A DNA stretch of 64,000 nt from the human T2T-CHM13v2.0 reference genome, Homo sapiens. The position numbers and the translations under genes were made by a program. This document shows, one piece after another, positions 63,733 through 64,000 of the stretch (its first letter is position 1; the number at the start of each line of letters is the position of its first letter). The stretch is taken from the NCBI RefSeq assembly GCF_009914755.1, contig NC_060931.1; one strand, 5' to 3'. The notes under the pieces are model-generated. The model saw only the letters and a list, made by a program, of their open reading frames with translations, did no database searches and had not been told where the DNA came from.

Positions 63733-64000
63733 TGTATATATGTGTGTGTATATATATATATATGTATATGTATATGTGTGTATATATGTATATATATACA
63801 CCCATATATTAATTAAAAAAAAACAGAAAACCTAAATAAACAAAAGAACATTCTTAGATATTTGGTTTCAGTCTCCCAAAAAAAGCATGTTTCAGTATTG
63901 ATTCATATATATGTGTATATGTACATGCACACACATATGTATATATATGTATATATGCACATAGACACGCGCGCGCGCGCGCGCGCACACACACACACAC
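63733..64000. repeat. Compound (TA/TG)n microsatellite interrupted by repeat copy 2, ending in (CG)9(CA)n
   Basis: Read directly; CG run at 63968-63985. Confidence 0.95.

Overview
AT-rich, CpG-poor primate (human-like) genomic DNA, intergenic or deep-intronic. I find no credible protein-coding gene, RNA gene or CpG island. The recognisable ORFs are L1/Alu/MaLR/ERV-LTR translations and the rest look like short chance ORFs. The window is a stack of transposon insertions: a near full-length L1MA1/2-type LINE (19.4-27.0 kb), a THE1 MaLR provirus nested in an Alu nested in an old L1, solo LTR5A/B (HERV-K HML-2) and LTR1 LTRs with target-site duplications (TSDs), several Alus, MER33, MADE1, MIR and L2. 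The most interesting structure is at 33.2-34.6 kb: a TSD-flanked insertion that reads as an L1-mediated 3' transduction, polyadenylated at an MLT1 LTR poly(A) site, whose only L1 sequence is a ~57-bp inverted 3' tip. Also notable are a 91-bp locally copied segment inside a TA/TG microsatellite (63.8 kb), a twin-primed L1PB, a possible Alu-L1 chimera, a close inverted Alu pair and a candidate minus-strand non-coding exon. I see no evidence of a new gene system. Repeat subfamily names come from remembered consensus motifs and need RepeatMasker/Dfam confirmation.
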